The position numbers and the translations under genes are program-made. This document shows positions 1 to 12,505 of a stretch of 64,000 nt of DNA, piece by piece. A model generated the notes under the pieces. The model was given only the letters and a program-made list of their open reading frames with translations. It was not told the origin of the DNA and did not search any database. Position 1 is the stretch's first letter. Every line of letters starts with the position of its first letter. Source of the DNA: Zancudomyces culisetae HAW-14-8 (lineage: Eukaryota; Fungi; Kickxellomycota); NCBI GenBank assembly GCA_052426225.1, contig JBNJNM010000006.1, positions 2,046,001 through 2,110,000 on the forward strand. Direction: 5' to 3'.

Positions 1-1
1 A

Positions 2-2035
2 ATCAACGATGTATTGACGCAGGTTCTGACGCAAACAGAAGAGAGTAAAAATGTAGGAACGGCGGTGTTGTACGAATGCGTGCGAGTGGTTCTGGCAGTG
101 CCATCGGAAAAGTCACTGCGAGTGCTGGCAATCAATTTGTTGGGCAAGTTTTTGGAGCATCGAGAGAACAATGTGCGGTATGTGGCGCTAACGATGTTGC
201 AGCAGGCAGTTGCAACAGAAGCAACAGCCGTACAGAGAGTGCAAGCGACGGTTGTGCAGTGTTTGCAGGACGACGATGTGAGTATTCGACGATTGGCGTT
301 GGATTTGACGTTTGCACTGATTGGTAGAAACAATGTGCAAAAGCTGACAGCCAAGCTGATAGCAATGCTGCCTACGGTTGATGCTGAACTACGAGCAGGA
401 ATGACTCACAAGTTATTTGCTGTAGCAGCGGTATTTGCGCCCTCGCCAAAATGGGCGCTGGAGACAATGTTGCAAACGCTGTATCTAGCAGGCACAGATG
501 TCATGGATGAGGACATGTTCCGGCTTATCAACGATGTAGCTAGCAGGGATAGCAGCGATGGATCGCAGGCATATGCAGCGCGCGTAGGATATGCCGGGTT
601 GGTGCGAAGACTTGATGTGCTGGGAGGTAGCCGTGGGCTTAGCGGCGACGACAAATTTGTATTGGCAGCAACGTGGCTGTTGGGAGAGTATGGCGATTTA
701 GTATCAGAGTCGGCAGGGACATCGTTCTTGGCGGCAGATGATGTAAACGCGTTTATGTTGGGATCGGTTGAACCTCTGATGCTGGAAACGCCACAAATTG
801 CACAGATCGTTGAAGTGTTACAGCAGATTGGCAACGGACCAGCACCAGCATCGTCCCTGGCGCTTACTTCGCTAGCCAAGTTGCAAGGTCGTGGGCTGGG
901 AGCCGCATCAGTGCGTGGGCAAATAGTAGACACGTTTGTTGTCCACACCAAGGATTTCAACGTCGAAAACCAAACACGGGCGCTGCAGTACCGGTCTATG
1001 CTTGACAACCATGGTGAAAATGATGTGGTGCAGCGGGTGGTTGAGCGTATGCCGCCGCCCAAAGCACAGATGCCAAAACTGACTGCGAACATTTTGAATC
1101 CAGTGCTGGGCACGTTGGGGTCGATTGCTGATGCCCAGCATGTTGGTGTGGACGGCGAGTTGTCGCCTCTGTCTTCTGAAGAAAGCAGTCGCACCCACAG
1201 GGATAAGCACACGTCTGTAGTTGATGATTTGCTGGGGCTGATGACCACCACTGCGCCCATATCTTCTTCCGCTTCCCAGCCCCAAAATCCTCTTGCCGAT
1301 TTGTTGTCTGATTTGTCATCACTCAATGTCAATGCTACTCAATCTGCCCACGTCTCATCTTCAATACAACCAACAACAACAACAACAACAACAAAATCAC
1401 CATTAACAACAACAAATGCTGTTCATCGTGACTTGTTTTCACTCGCCTCACACCAACCAACAACAACAACAACAGCTCAATCTCCTCTTCCAATCTCTTC
1501 TCCAAACCCACACTCTGCCCCAACCACCTCTACCATATCCAACAACAACATCTTTGGCCTTGGAAACACTGCTTCTGCCAATAACATTGCTGACACTCTC
1601 GCTGCTTCTCATGATGACCCGATCCCTGTAAACAAGCGGTATTCGATTTATTCCAAAAACCATCTCACTGTCCATATGCTGCCCTCAAAACAATCTCCAT
1701 CAGATACTTCCATCGACATTCTTGTAACTTTTGCTCTTGATTCCAATTCCACTACCACTACCACTACAAAAATCTCAAATTTGGTATTCCAGGCTGCCGT
1801 GCCCAAATCCCAAAAACTACAAATGTTTCCTCCATCCGCCAATGCACTAGACTCGTCATCTCCATCCTCAGTTGTTACCCAGGCCATCAAGATTGCAAAC
1901 CCTTCCCGTGTACCTATCAGGCTGCGCCTTCGCCTGTCGTTTGACTTGGAAACGGTTTCTATGGATGGTAACAGCGAGAGTCGTCGTGTTGTTGATACAT
2001 TTGAGTTTTCATCATTTGATTCTGACGTTATTTAA
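2..2035 (+). CDS. APL4: AP-1 adaptor complex gamma subunit (gamma-adaptin), 5'-truncated by the window edge
   Basis: Frame is open from base 2. Adaptin-N motifs SKNVGTAVLYECV, LRVLAINLLGKFL, NNVRYVAL and DDDVSIRRLALDL; low-complexity hinge; C-terminal gamma-ear motif FQAAVPKSQKLQM. Confidence 0.92.
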   Translation: MNDVLTQVLTQTEESKNVGTAVLYECVRVVLAVPSEKSLRVLAINLLGKFLEHRENNVRYVALTMLQQAVATEATAVQRVQATVVQCLQDDDVSIRRLALDLTFALIGRNNVQKLTAKLIAMLPTVDAELRAGMTHKLFAVAAVFAPSPKWALETMLQTLYLAGTDVMDEDMFRLINDVASRDSSDGSQAYAARVGYAGLVRRLDVLGGSRGLSGDDKFVLAATWLLGEYGDLVSESAGTSFLAADDVNAFMLGSVEPLMLETPQIAQIVEVLQQIGNGPAPASSLALTSLAKLQGRGLGAASVRGQIVDTFVVHTKDFNVENQTRALQYRSMLDNHGENDVVQRVVERMPPPKAQMPKLTANILNPVLGTLGSIADAQHVGVDGELSPLSSEESSRTHRDKHTSVVDDLLGLMTTTAPISSSASQPQNPLADLLSDLSSLNVNATQSAHVSSSIQPTTTTTTTKSPLTTTNAVHRDLFSLASHQPTTTTTAQSPLPISSPNPHSAPTTSTISNNNIFGLGNTASANNIADTLAASHDDPIPVNKRYSIYSKNHLTVHMLPSKQSPSDTSIDILVTFALDSNSTTTTTTKISNLVFQAAVPKSQKLQMFPPSANALDSSSPSSVVTQAIKIANPSRVPIRLRLRLSFDLETVSMDGNSESRRVVDTFEFSSFDSDVI

Positions 2036-2339
2036 TCTAATCTAATCTAATCCTATTTTCTAGTTTAGGTTTTTTTTTTCTCCCCATTTTTCCATTTTTC
2101 TCCTTTCTCAGTTACTCTTTTTAGCTCTTCAATATATCTAATTATCTATCTATCAATCTATTTATACTTTAATATACTTTATTATTATAAACCTATTTTT
2201 TACAATCCATCTCCTCTCCCAATTTCTTTTCTACCATTAAATATAAATATAAACATAAAACCTAAAAGCTAAAACCTAAAAGCTACTAATTCAAAACTAA
2301 AAATGGAAGCTTTTGTCTATATCTTTATTTATTTAATTT

Positions 2340-3787
2340 TCACTCTACTTGCATTGCTTCCTCTTTCTTTTCCTTTTCTTGTTTTGTTTCATCTGTTAGT
2401 TTTTCATCAATTTCTCCACTAACACCTTGATCCCCATTTTCTTCCTCTTCTTCTTCCTCTTCCTCCTCCTCCTCCTCTAATACCTCATCATCATCCTCCT
2501 CCTCTTCTTCTTCAATTTCTTCATCCATCAACTCTTCACTTTCAGCACCATTATCCTCTTCCGCATCTTCCTCATCCTCCTCATCTTCTCCATCCTCACC
2601 CTGGTTCTTTGATCCATCTTTTTCAGCTACCTCCACTCCTTCATCAGCCCCCTCTCCTTCCTCTCCTTCCTCTCCCTCCTCCTCTTCTTCTTCTTCCCCA
2701 TCTACACCCTCTTCTAGCCCCTCCATATCCTCTTCCTCCCCTTCTCGTGTCTCAGCTTCTGCTTCTGCAGCCTTGAGACTTTCATCCACCTCTGGATTAT
2801 CCCTACATTGTTACACATAAATCATTTATTTATTTGCTCCCTTTAACCGCTTTCTCCTCATATTATTCACATTTCTACTCCAAACTCCATAAAACTTACC
2901 AGTTAATTGGAAACCGTGTAACCCGCGGCTTTTCTGCCAACAACTCGCGGAATATCTTTTCAAGTACTGGCTGCTCTGGTGGGTTTTCTTTAAGCTCCTG
3001 ATCCTCAAAATACTCATTGTTTACGTAATACCCAACTCGTACAAATTCCTTGCCCTTATAGCTACATGTCAACAATATAACGGTCAGTCCCAGCAATTCA
3101 TTCTCGGGAATCAAACTGATATCAGGACTCTCTGCCTATTCGTATTTTACATTATTAACAAAATTTTAAAGTTAAACTTTTATGCTAGTTACAAATATTT
3201 CCAATTGTAAAAGTATCAAGTGACAAGTGACAAGTGACAAGTGACAAGTGGTATCCCAAAAAATAAGAAAACAAAGGTAGAAGTGGAGGAAGAGGGAAAG
3301 GGAGAGGGTTAGGGGGATAGTCTGACATAATTCATAAATATAAACCTTGTCTTGGAAAGTTTTACAGTGTAAAATAATTTATACATTAACCAGTAAAAAA
3401 AAAAGTACTTTACCTCAAAGACAAATTTGTTTACGCCTACTGGAACCGGTCCCACAAGCAGAGAATCCAGCTCCTGATCTAATTTTTCGTTTTCGGCCGA
3501 ACCGACATATATCAATTTGAATTCCAAATCTATTTTGTTTATACCCATCAATTAGTACTACTAGATTTTATTCTCCCGCTCTTTTTTACTTTTAAAAAGA
3601 AAAGTAAAAAAAAGAAAAGAATTTGATATAAAACTATACTATATATAATACAATGGTGCTAATGAGGCTAGTTCTTACCATCACTCAGTTCGGATAAACA
3701 TTCAAAAGTAATTTCGAATCTATAAGGTTCCTGGAAATGCACCCGCTTTTCCAAAACGCGGATATTTGTAATATTAACCACACTCAT
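2340..3787 (-). CDS. ASF1: Histone H3/H4 chaperone Asf1 with acidic C-terminal tail; exons 3787-3679, 3529-3414, 3135-2900, 2802-2340
   Basis: Spliced product reads MSVVNITN...[83 protein letters not shown], then an E/D-rich tail. All introns are GT-AG and keep phase. Confidence 0.95.
3218..3250. repeat. Heptanucleotide tandem repeat (CAAGTGA)n in ASF1 intron 2
   Basis: About 4.5 consecutive copies read directly from the sequence. Confidence 0.85.
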
Positions 3788-4452
3788 TATTGTATAACTA
3801 TATACCGAATTCCAGACTCTTGAACCGTTATTTATACTGCAATAAACAAAATATAATATATATATAAAAATGGGGGGGGACTCTTGCTCCTTCAATTATT
3901 AAATATAATATTGATTGTTAATGATTTCACGAAATAATTCCAATAAACCCACTTAGCTATAACATTCTAAACAAACCACAAATCACACAATAATAGCGCA
4001 AATGCAAAAACAAAACAATACGATGCAATAACAGATCCGTTTAACTCCCCCCTCCACAAACTTTTATCCTTTTTTTATTTATTCAGCTACATTTTATTTT
4101 GACATGTATTTCGAATAATTTTTGCCATTATTTTTTTTTTGTTTAGTTTTATGGTTATTTGTCCAACCTTCTCTTTGAATATTTCTACTCTTATTCCATT
4201 TCCATTTTCGCCTGATAAAAAAAAAAGAATCAGCCAAATTTCTCTCTCCTCCCCACTCCCCCTCCCCCCGCCATACTCCCCGCCCTCCTCCTCCAAAAAA
4301 TAAAAAAACCACTACAAAAACTCTAATTTATATACACACCCACTAAAATATAACACCAACTAGAATAAAACCGAGTATAAAAAGAGATTCCTAATTTCAA
4401 TTTGATACTTTGCCTTTTTTATTTTTTATTCCCCGTTCCATCATTTGCAATA

Positions 4453-5522
4453 ATGAGTAAAGAAGTTGCTCCAAATCCTATCGTCTTTTTCGATATCACC
4501 ATTGCTGGTAAAAATATCGGTCGTATCAAAATGGAGCTGTTTGCCAATGTTGTCCCCAAAACCGCCGAAAATTTCAGGTAAGCCTTCCCTCCTCCGTCCT
4601 CCCTCTTTCTTTTTTTCTTCCCTTCTTTTTTTTCCCTTGAAGAACGTACTTAGATAGTATCAGAATATATTTTTTTGTCCGATACAATTTACTCAATTAC
4701 GCTTTAAATCTAATCATGGGTCTGGATTGTACAATACATAATATAGACAATTATGCACTGGAGAATACAAGTAAGTGACACGTTCAATAGCTCTTTTGAA
4801 GTTACCTCTTTGTGGTGGTAATCGGATCAAAGACTTAAACAGCAGGCGAAATACCTTTTTTTTACACAATAGAATCGACGGAAAACCTGTTGGCTACAAA
4901 AATGCCACTTTCCATAGGTAAGTATATTCGCCACCTCCCCTTTGGTGCATTCTTTTTTCATTCGTGCCACTTGTGTATGTATGATGACTTTTTCTTTTTT
5001 TTCAAATGCGTTCAAACCCATGATAAACAACATTAGAATAATCAAGGATTTTATGGTACAAGGAGGTGATTTTGTAAAGGTAAGTATTGTATTCTAGGAT
5101 TCTTTTACCAATTTCAAACCCGTTCAAACTATAGACTTAACCCCCTCCCCACCACCTTGCAAAAAAAAAAAACCACATTAACCAATACTATATACACTCT
5201 CCATTTCTCTACAATCCAGGGCGATGGTACAGGTCTCCTATCAATTTATGGTGGCCGCCAATTTGACGACGAAAACTTTTCTCTAGGCCATAGCGGTCCC
5301 GGGCTGTTATCCATGGCTAACAGCGGACCGAACACGAACGGCTGTCAGTTTTTTATTACTTGCCAGAAATGCGATTTTTTGGATCGTAAACATGTGGTCT
5401 TTGGTAAACTTGTGGATGATGGCACCAGTCTTGTTACACTCCGCAAAATCGAAAATGTCCCAACTGGCCCGAACAACCGGCCCAAGCTTCCGGTTGTGAT
5501 TTCGGAGTGTGGCGAAATGTAG
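4453..5522 (+). CDS. PPIH: Cyclophilin-type peptidyl-prolyl isomerase H (spliceosomal); exons 4453-4577, 4747-4770, 4873-4917, 5037-5079, 5220-5522
   Basis: Spliced protein [88 protein letters not shown] matches CypH. All donors are GTAAG. Confidence 0.92.
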
Positions 5523-6694
5523 TTTATTTATCACTCCTTCATCACTTTTTCCCACTTTTCTACCTAAACTCATATTTTTTGTGCTTTATTCTTTTTTCAT
5601 TCAGGATTTGATGTTTATATTTGTTTAATTATTTTATTGTTTGAATGCTGAGTGGGGTTTTTTTTTATGAATACTTTTATTTGTGTTTTATAGATATGTA
5701 ATGGATTATTCTTATATTTATGTTTGTCTTTGAAGTCTGGATTTAAAAGTTCAAGCTGGATCTTGGGAAGTGGATCAAGAGCTTAGAGGGTATAACAGAG
5801 AATAATAACACTGTTTACAACCAAGGGTCAATTCAACGCTAGTTTAACCGCTCCTTTTCTTGGCTTTAGATTAAATTCTAAAACGACATGATTCGAACTT
5901 GAGTTTAGTAGATCAAGAAAAGCTAGATTGTTTTGTATGGTATGATCCTAAACCGCAGATAAAAGTGTTCATCTGAAAAAAAGGATAGAAAAGAATACAT
6001 TGTGAATACTAGAGGGGTATCAAGTGTTTGTGGATATTAGAATGTGAATAAGTAGCGGTACTTTGATCAGTTAACTGATTTGTAGCGATTTATCTTGATG
6101 CAGATAAGTATAGACAAGTTGGAAAACAAAATGAATCACTAAGCTATAACCTATTTTTTAATATTATTTTTATTACATCAAAAGAATGGTAATGACTAAA
6201 AAGGTTTTATAAAAAAATGAAAAATAAGAGAAACCAGAGAAATAGTGGGGATTAAAAGTTCGATTTCGACAATTTCATTCGCTTTTCATTCTGATTTTTT
6301 TCTTAGTTTTGGCAAGGATTAAGCTGATCAGTGATTAGCTGGATGTATTAAAATAATAGATTATTTTTTGATAATCAATAAATTTCGAGCAATTCAATAA
6401 AATCCAAATAACCAAAAAAAAATCATAATGAAAAAAAGGGTCAGAAATTAGGTACTTGAACAAAATATTCAACTATAAACACAGCTTGAACCTAAACCAC
6501 AAACTAAAAATACCAAAACACAAATTGTTGAAATTGAATTGTAGAATTAGTAAACTCAACAACAGTCTATAAACACAAAAATATAGGAGAAAAAGCTCAT
6601 CTTTAGTTGTTGGACGGACAAATCTGAAAAAGTAAACAAAACTATTGGAAGCAAGAGAAAAAAAGAGAAAAGGAAAAAGGAAAACAAGCGCAAA

Positions 6695-9600
6695 ATGGCA
6701 AAATCCAAACAACTTGCGAGGATGACAAAAGAAGAAGGCCACGAAGGAGTGGTAAAGGTGTCAGTGTTGGGCAAGGACTCGATTATTTTGGGTCGAAATA
6801 TGCACAGCTATATTTGGGACGACTTGTTGAACAACTTGGCGTATTCAACTACGTTTGTGTTGATTACCGATAGCAACTTGCAGCGCCTACATATGAAAAA
6901 GTATGTAGAAACTTTCAATCAAGCTATTGAAGCCAAATACGGGAAAACTGGTGACCAAGGTGCGAGCACTGCTGGAAGTGGCAGCGTAGAGCGACCGAGG
7001 CTACTGACGCTTGTTATCAAGCCTGGCGAATCGTCAAAGAACCGAAGCACCAAGGCCGAGCTTGAAGATTGGATGTTGAAGGAAGGGTGTACTAGAGACA
7101 CCGTTGTTATGGCTTTGGGTGGTGGAGTTATTGGTGATTTGGTGGGATTTGTAGCGGCTACGTTTATGCGAGGAGTGAGATTTATCCAGCTACCGACCTC
7201 ATTACTGGCAATGGTGGACTCAAGTGTTGGAGGAAAGACAGCCATTGATACAGATCACGGAAAAAACTTGATTGGAAGTTTCTGGCAGCCCGAGCGAGTG
7301 TACATGGACATGGCAGTGCTCACTACGTTGCCAGAGCGTGAGTTTGCCAATGGAATGGCAGAAGTAATCAAAAGCGCTGCAATTTGGAGTATGGAGGAGT
7401 TTGAGGTATTGGAACGAAGCCGTGAAAACATCAGAAGAGCATTGAAGGGAGGGGATAAAGAAGGTAAGAGTGAAAGCGAGAAGGAGGATCAAGAACTGTT
7501 GCTAAGAGTAGTTTCATCGTCGGTACGGATGAAAGCTCATGTAGTTACAGTTGACGAGCGGGAATCAGGGTTGCGGGGGCTTTTGAATTTTGGACACACG
7601 CTTGGGCATGCGTTGGAGGCCATTGTAACACCATACATGCTGCACGGAGAGTGTGTGTCAATTGGATGCGTGTTGGAAGCCGAATTGTCACATAGACTTG
7701 GATATATGAATGCTAACAGCGTAGGCAGATTAGCAAAGTGTTTCAAACAGTACGAGCTTCCGATTTCATATGAAGAGGCATACGTAAGCAAAATGGTTCC
7801 ACCGCAAGTACTTAAGCGGGTGACATTGGAAAACATGATGAACACAATGAAGGTAGATAAAAAGAATGTAGGAAATAAGAAACGAGTTGTTTTGCTTTCA
7901 GAGATTGGAGACACGGTTGAGGAACAGGCGTCGCGTGTAGAGGACGATGTAGTACGCGAAGTGTTGGCAAAGTCGGTTGAAGTGTTTGGAATTGAAAGCA
8001 CCGAGCAGTTGCAAAAGCGACAAGGCGTTGGTAAAGGGGGAAATGAGGATAGTGCGGTAGTAATAATTCCGCCAGGCAGTAAATCTATATCTAACAGAGC
8101 ACTTATCTTGGCAGCACTGGGTAAAGGAAAATGTAAGATACACAACATGTTACATAGTGACGATACTCAGGTGATGCTGGATGCGCTAGTGGCAATGGGT
8201 GCATGTAAAGTCAGTTGGGAGCAGGAGGAGGCAGAAGACCAGCAAACGGAGGAGGTATTGGTGATCGAAGGAGGAGGGGGTGAAGGTTTGGTGGTTCCTG
8301 ATCGCGAGTTGTACCTTGGAAATGCAGGTACTGCGGCTCGATTCTTAACTACGTTTGTTAACTTGATAGTTACAGAACAAGAAAAAACCACAGTGCTTAC
8401 TGGTAACTCGCGAATGAAGGAGAGGCCAATTGGGGCACTTGTAGATGCGCTGCGAAGCAATGGATGTGAAATCGAGTATCAAGAAAAGAAGGGAAGTCTT
8501 CCGCTGAAAGTACGTAATAGCACCAAGGGATTACCAGGGGGCAAGGTGGAACTTTCAGCATCAATTAGTTCACAGTATGTATCGTCGTTATTGATGTGTG
8601 CACCATACGCACAGCAGGAAATCGAATTGGAATTGGTTGGTGATCAAGTGATATCACAAAGTTACATTGATATGACGATCGCAATGATGTCTGCGTTTGG
8701 AGTGAATGTGGAAAAGTTGGGAGATAAAAACACACACCGTTACCGAATTCCAAAGAGCAGCTACACAAATCCAGCTGAATACCGGGTCGAGAGTGACGCA
8801 AGCTCAGCTACGTATCCATTAGCACTTGCCGCAATTACAGGAACCAAGTGCACAATTCCAAACATTGGTTCGGGCTCACTTCAGGGCGATGCCAAGTTTG
8901 CAGTTGATGTGTTGCGACCAATGGGATGCGATGTTGTACAGACAAAAAACTCGACAACAGTGCAAGGACCAGCATTGGGAGGTCTAAAGCCGCTTCCGAT
9001 GATTGATATGGAGCCTATGACAGATGCATTTTTGACAGCAACAGCATTGGCGGCGGTGGCAACGGCGGGAAAAGAAGGCACAGAGTCTATAACAAAGATT
9101 AGAGGAATTGCAAACCAGCACGTCAAGGAGTGTGATCGGATAGTCGCATTGTCTACTGAGTTGGCAAAGCTGGGAATCAAGACAGAAGTGGATCCAGACG
9201 GAATAGATGTAAAAGGTATCAGCTTGGACGAACTGAATGACAAGGCAAAAGAAAAGCAAAGAAACGAGACACCAGTAGTTATCCATTGTTATGATGATCA
9301 CCGTGTGGCTATGAGTTTGAGTGTGTTGGCATCAGTGGTTAGACCAGGATTGGTATTTGACGAACGAAGATGTGTGGGGAAGACTTGGCCTCAATGGTGG
9401 ACTGCGCTAACCACCAAGTACAAGATTTGTATTCGTGGATGTGATATTCCTACCTCTTCATCATCATCAGCACCAGAATTGACAGCAGCGGCAGCAACTG
9501 AGGTTAAAACAAGTGATAAAAAAGAGATTGAGAAAAAGACAGATTCAATTTTGATCATTGGAATGCGAGGAGTCGGTAAATCCACACTAGGTTTAGAGAT

Positions 9601-12037
9601 GGCCAATGTGTTGGGATACAATTTTATTGATATGGACACGTATTTAGAAGAGCAGCACAAAAAGACAATTCCAGAAATCATAGCAGATGATGGATGGGAT
9701 GGATTCCGTACAGCCGAAGCCAAGTGCCTTGCAACCGTTTTAAGCAACAAAGACACAAATAAAAACACGGTAATATCGTGTGGTGGTGGATTATTGGAAA
9801 ACAAGCTATCTTCCGAACTGGTGATGGCGTGGAAAAATGTGGGGAATGTCGTGTTGCATTTGTATGCGGATATCAACCAAGTTAGTGAATATTTGGGACG
9901 TGACAAAACACGTCCTGCTTACAAACTCGGCGAGTCTCCACAGGAAGTATTTGCTCGTCGGTTGGCAGACTACAAGCGCCACAGCACACATACACTGTAT
10001 GTGCATTCTGAACCAGAATTTGGATGGGGTCAAATGGTTGATGATGCAATTCGAATGATTCAGTTTGTTACAGCTGGTACAAACGTCATTCAAAATCTCA
10101 GCTCGTTGCAGCGTTCATTCTTTGTATCGCTTACGTGTGCTGATGTTTGCGAGTATACCAAAGAACAGATTGGCGATATAACAGCTGGATGTAATGCAGT
10201 GGAGTTGCGAGTAGATTTGCTTCTAAACGATCCACGATTCTCTGCCAACAAGGATTCTGCAGGCAAGGATCTGCTAGGGTCCGAGCAACAGGTTGAAGAC
10301 TTTGAACTGTATGTACTGCAGCAAGTTGCAGCTCTGCGTCGACGTACCAGCTTGCCAATCGTTTACACTGTGCGATCAAAGAGCCAAGGTGGCAATTTCC
10401 CAAATAACCAGCAGCTAATAGAGCGACTACTCATACGTGGTGTTGAGTTTGGCTGTGAGTACATCGATGTGGAAATGGGTGGTTACGACTCCGAAACCCC
10501 AGCGGACTGCAGTTTATTGATTTCAGTTTCCACCACTACTCGAAAATCTGCCTATTACAAACACTCTCAGATCTTGGCTTCGTACCATGACCCAACTGGC
10601 CTAAACCTGCGATGGACTATAACCACTGGTTCGGCTCTGGATCACCTCAAGTCGTACCTGTGGCACATCAACAAATATGCCGATATTGGGAAACTGGTTT
10701 CGTTTGCTTGGGATTGGGACGACAACCTACGTGCCGTTATCTTTGCCAACAAACTTCGCACATCCGCTGCAAACAAACCTCTGATAGTCATCAACATGAG
10801 CTATGTTGGCCAGTTCTCACGTATCCTCTGTCCACTACTGACTCCTGTTACCCATCCTTCTATTAAGACTCCTGCTGCTCCCGGCCAACTGTCTGTTGCC
10901 CAAATCCACCACACCTTACATACTATGGGTGCTCTACCTTCCAAACGCTTTTATTTGTTTGGCGATCCTATCTCCAAATCTCCAAGTCCCGCAATGCACA
11001 ATGCAGCCTTTGAGTACTTGGGTCTGCCGCACAACTACTCGCTATACCCTGTCAACTTGGGCGAGCTGGATGCCCAGAAACTCAAGGAATTCGCGGGTAA
11101 AGTCCTGCGCGGCTGCAATGGTGGAACTGGTAGCGGTGGGGAAAATAAAGTGAACTGTGGCTATGTGTTTGGTGGTGCAAGTGTCACTATTCCCAACAAA
11201 CAGTCCATCATTCCTTTGTTGGATGAACTCACTGATGCTGCAAAGGCCATTGGTGCTGTGAACACTATCATCCCTATCATCAGGACTCGTCTACCCTCAA
11301 CTTCTGATTCTAAATGTTCCTATAACGCCCCACACTCTGCTCATGCAGCTCCTCTATACATTGATCGTAACCTTCTCAAGATGGTTGGTGACAATACTGA
11401 TTATTTGGGAATGATCTCGTGCATAAAAAACGCAAATTCTTTGCTCTCTACACCGCTCTCTCTCAACACTGTCGGTACTAACAATTCTCTTTCGGCTCTT
11501 GTTATTGGTGCTGGCGGAACTTCTCGTGCCGCTATTTACGCTCTTCACAAATTAAATGTTGCCAACATCTACTTGTACAACCGCACTCTGGAAAATGCCG
11601 AAAAATTGGCTTCATCCATCGATTTTACTCATGTCACAGTCTTGTCCTCACTATCAGACCCACAACTCTTGCCTGCTCATCCCTTCGGCATCATCATTTC
11701 CACCATTCCAGCTCCTTCCCAATCCACAGTCGATTCCTCTGACTACCCCTCTCATCTATTCTCCCGTTCTGCCTCACAAACAGCTGGCAGTAACAATCAG
11801 AGTAGCAATGAAGGCATTGTTCTCGACATGGCATATACTGCTGGCTCAACCCTAACCCCACTCCTCACTCACGTACAGACTTCCCATCCATCCTGGAAAC
11901 TCATCACTGGTCTACAGGTTTTGATTGCTCAGGGTGTTGAGCAGTTCAAACTCTGGAATGGTCCTGAGTGCGCACCCCCTGTACGCCAGATGACCGAGGC
12001 TGTCTATGCCTTCAACTCTTTGTCTCTACAAAAATGA
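6695..12037 (+). CDS. ARO1: Pentafunctional AROM polypeptide (DHQ synthase, EPSP synthase, shikimate kinase, DHQ dehydratase, shikimate dehydrogenase), intronless
   Basis: GGGVIGDLVGF/LNFGHTLGH (DHQS), PPGSKSISNR/LGNAGTAARF/DDHRVAM (EPSPS), GMRGVGKST P-loop, VELRVDLL/APGQ (DHQase I), SPSPAMHN/GAVNT/GAGGTSRA (SDH). Confidence 0.98.
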   Translation: MAKSKQLARMTKEEGHEGVVKVSVLGKDSIILGRNMHSYIWDDLLNNLAYSTTFVLITDSNLQRLHMKKYVETFNQAIEAKYGKTGDQGASTAGSGSVERPRLLTLVIKPGESSKNRSTKAELEDWMLKEGCTRDTVVMALGGGVIGDLVGFVAATFMRGVRFIQLPTSLLAMVDSSVGGKTAIDTDHGKNLIGSFWQPERVYMDMAVLTTLPEREFANGMAEVIKSAAIWSMEEFEVLERSRENIRRALKGGDKEGKSESEKEDQELLLRVVSSSVRMKAHVVTVDERESGLRGLLNFGHTLGHALEAIVTPYMLHGECVSIGCVLEAELSHRLGYMNANSVGRLAKCFKQYELPISYEEAYVSKMVPPQVLKRVTLENMMNTMKVDKKNVGNKKRVVLLSEIGDTVEEQASRVEDDVVREVLAKSVEVFGIESTEQLQKRQGVGKGGNEDSAVVIIPPGSKSISNRALILAALGKGKCKIHNMLHSDDTQVMLDALVAMGACKVSWEQEEAEDQQTEEVLVIEGGGGEGLVVPDRELYLGNAGTAARFLTTFVNLIVTEQEKTTVLTGNSRMKERPIGALVDALRSNGCEIEYQEKKGSLPLKVRNSTKGLPGGKVELSASISSQYVSSLLMCAPYAQQEIELELVGDQVISQSYIDMTIAMMSAFGVNVEKLGDKNTHRYRIPKSSYTNPAEYRVESDASSATYPLALAAITGTKCTIPNIGSGSLQGDAKFAVDVLRPMGCDVVQTKNSTTVQGPALGGLKPLPMIDMEPMTDAFLTATALAAVATAGKEGTESITKIRGIANQHVKECDRIVALSTELAKLGIKTEVDPDGIDVKGISLDELNDKAKEKQRNETPVVIHCYDDHRVAMSLSVLASVVRPGLVFDERRCVGKTWPQWWTALTTKYKICIRGCDIPTSSSSSAPELTAAAATEVKTSDKKEIEKKTDSILIIGMRGVGKSTLGLEMANVLGYNFIDMDTYLEEQHKKTIPEIIADDGWDGFRTAEAKCLATVLSNKDTNKNTVISCGGGLLENKLSSELVMAWKNVGNVVLHLYADINQVSEYLGRDKTRPAYKLGESPQEVFARRLADYKRHSTHTLYVHSEPEFGWGQMVDDAIRMIQFVTAGTNVIQNLSSLQRSFFVSLTCADVCEYTKEQIGDITAGCNAVELRVDLLLNDPRFSANKDSAGKDLLGSEQQVEDFELYVLQQVAALRRRTSLPIVYTVRSKSQGGNFPNNQQLIERLLIRGVEFGCEYIDVEMGGYDSETPADCSLLISVSTTTRKSAYYKHSQILASYHDPTGLNLRWTITTGSALDHLKSYLWHINKYADIGKLVSFAWDWDDNLRAVIFANKLRTSAANKPLIVINMSYVGQFSRILCPLLTPVTHPSIKTPAAPGQLSVAQIHHTLHTMGALPSKRFYLFGDPISKSPSPAMHNAAFEYLGLPHNYSLYPVNLGELDAQKLKEFAGKVLRGCNGGTGSGGENKVNCGYVFGGASVTIPNKQSIIPLLDELTDAAKAIGAVNTIIPIIRTRLPSTSDSKCSYNAPHSAHAAPLYIDRNLLKMVGDNTDYLGMISCIKNANSLLSTPLSLNTVGTNNSLSALVIGAGGTSRAAIYALHKLNVANIYLYNRTLENAEKLASSIDFTHVTVLSSLSDPQLLPAHPFGIIISTIPAPSQSTVDSSDYPSHLFSRSASQTAGSNNQSSNEGIVLDMAYTAGSTLTPLLTHVQTSHPSWKLITGLQVLIAQGVEQFKLWNGPECAPPVRQMTEAVYAFNSLSLQK

Positions 12038-12505
12038 GCAGGGAACATGGTTTTTGGAGGATGAGTGTTTTCTTTTTTTCTTTAGCTGCTCGTTTTCGTG
12101 CATTTATTCATTTTACCTATTCTAAGCTTCTCTCGTGATTTTGAATTTGAGTTAAAAACCTAATTTTATGCCAATAATAATTCTTTGAATATTATCCACC
12201 CCTCCTCATCCTCCTCCCCCTAAACTTCCCAATCCACGATTATTACCTAATTCACCATCAAAACGTTACTTACATTTATTTTTATTTTCCCAATGAATAA
12301 CCCAAAACTATTATGCGTATATCGCGTATAAAGATATAATCCAAATTTGGCAAATTCTATGAAAATATATTCTCGCTATATATTTCTACTGTTTCTTGTA
12401 CAAAGTAGTAGAAATGAAATTTATTTATAGCTTTCTTCTTGGTTAACCCGTAACTATATATACTTGGAATAGAAAAATACGTATAAAAATACACATAATT
12501 CAAAA

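Noticed and set aside
406-1332. 308-aa antisense ORF, and the many other short antisense or overlapping ORFs in the track
   Set aside because: Shadow ORFs of real genes or low-complexity repeats, with no recognisable motifs.
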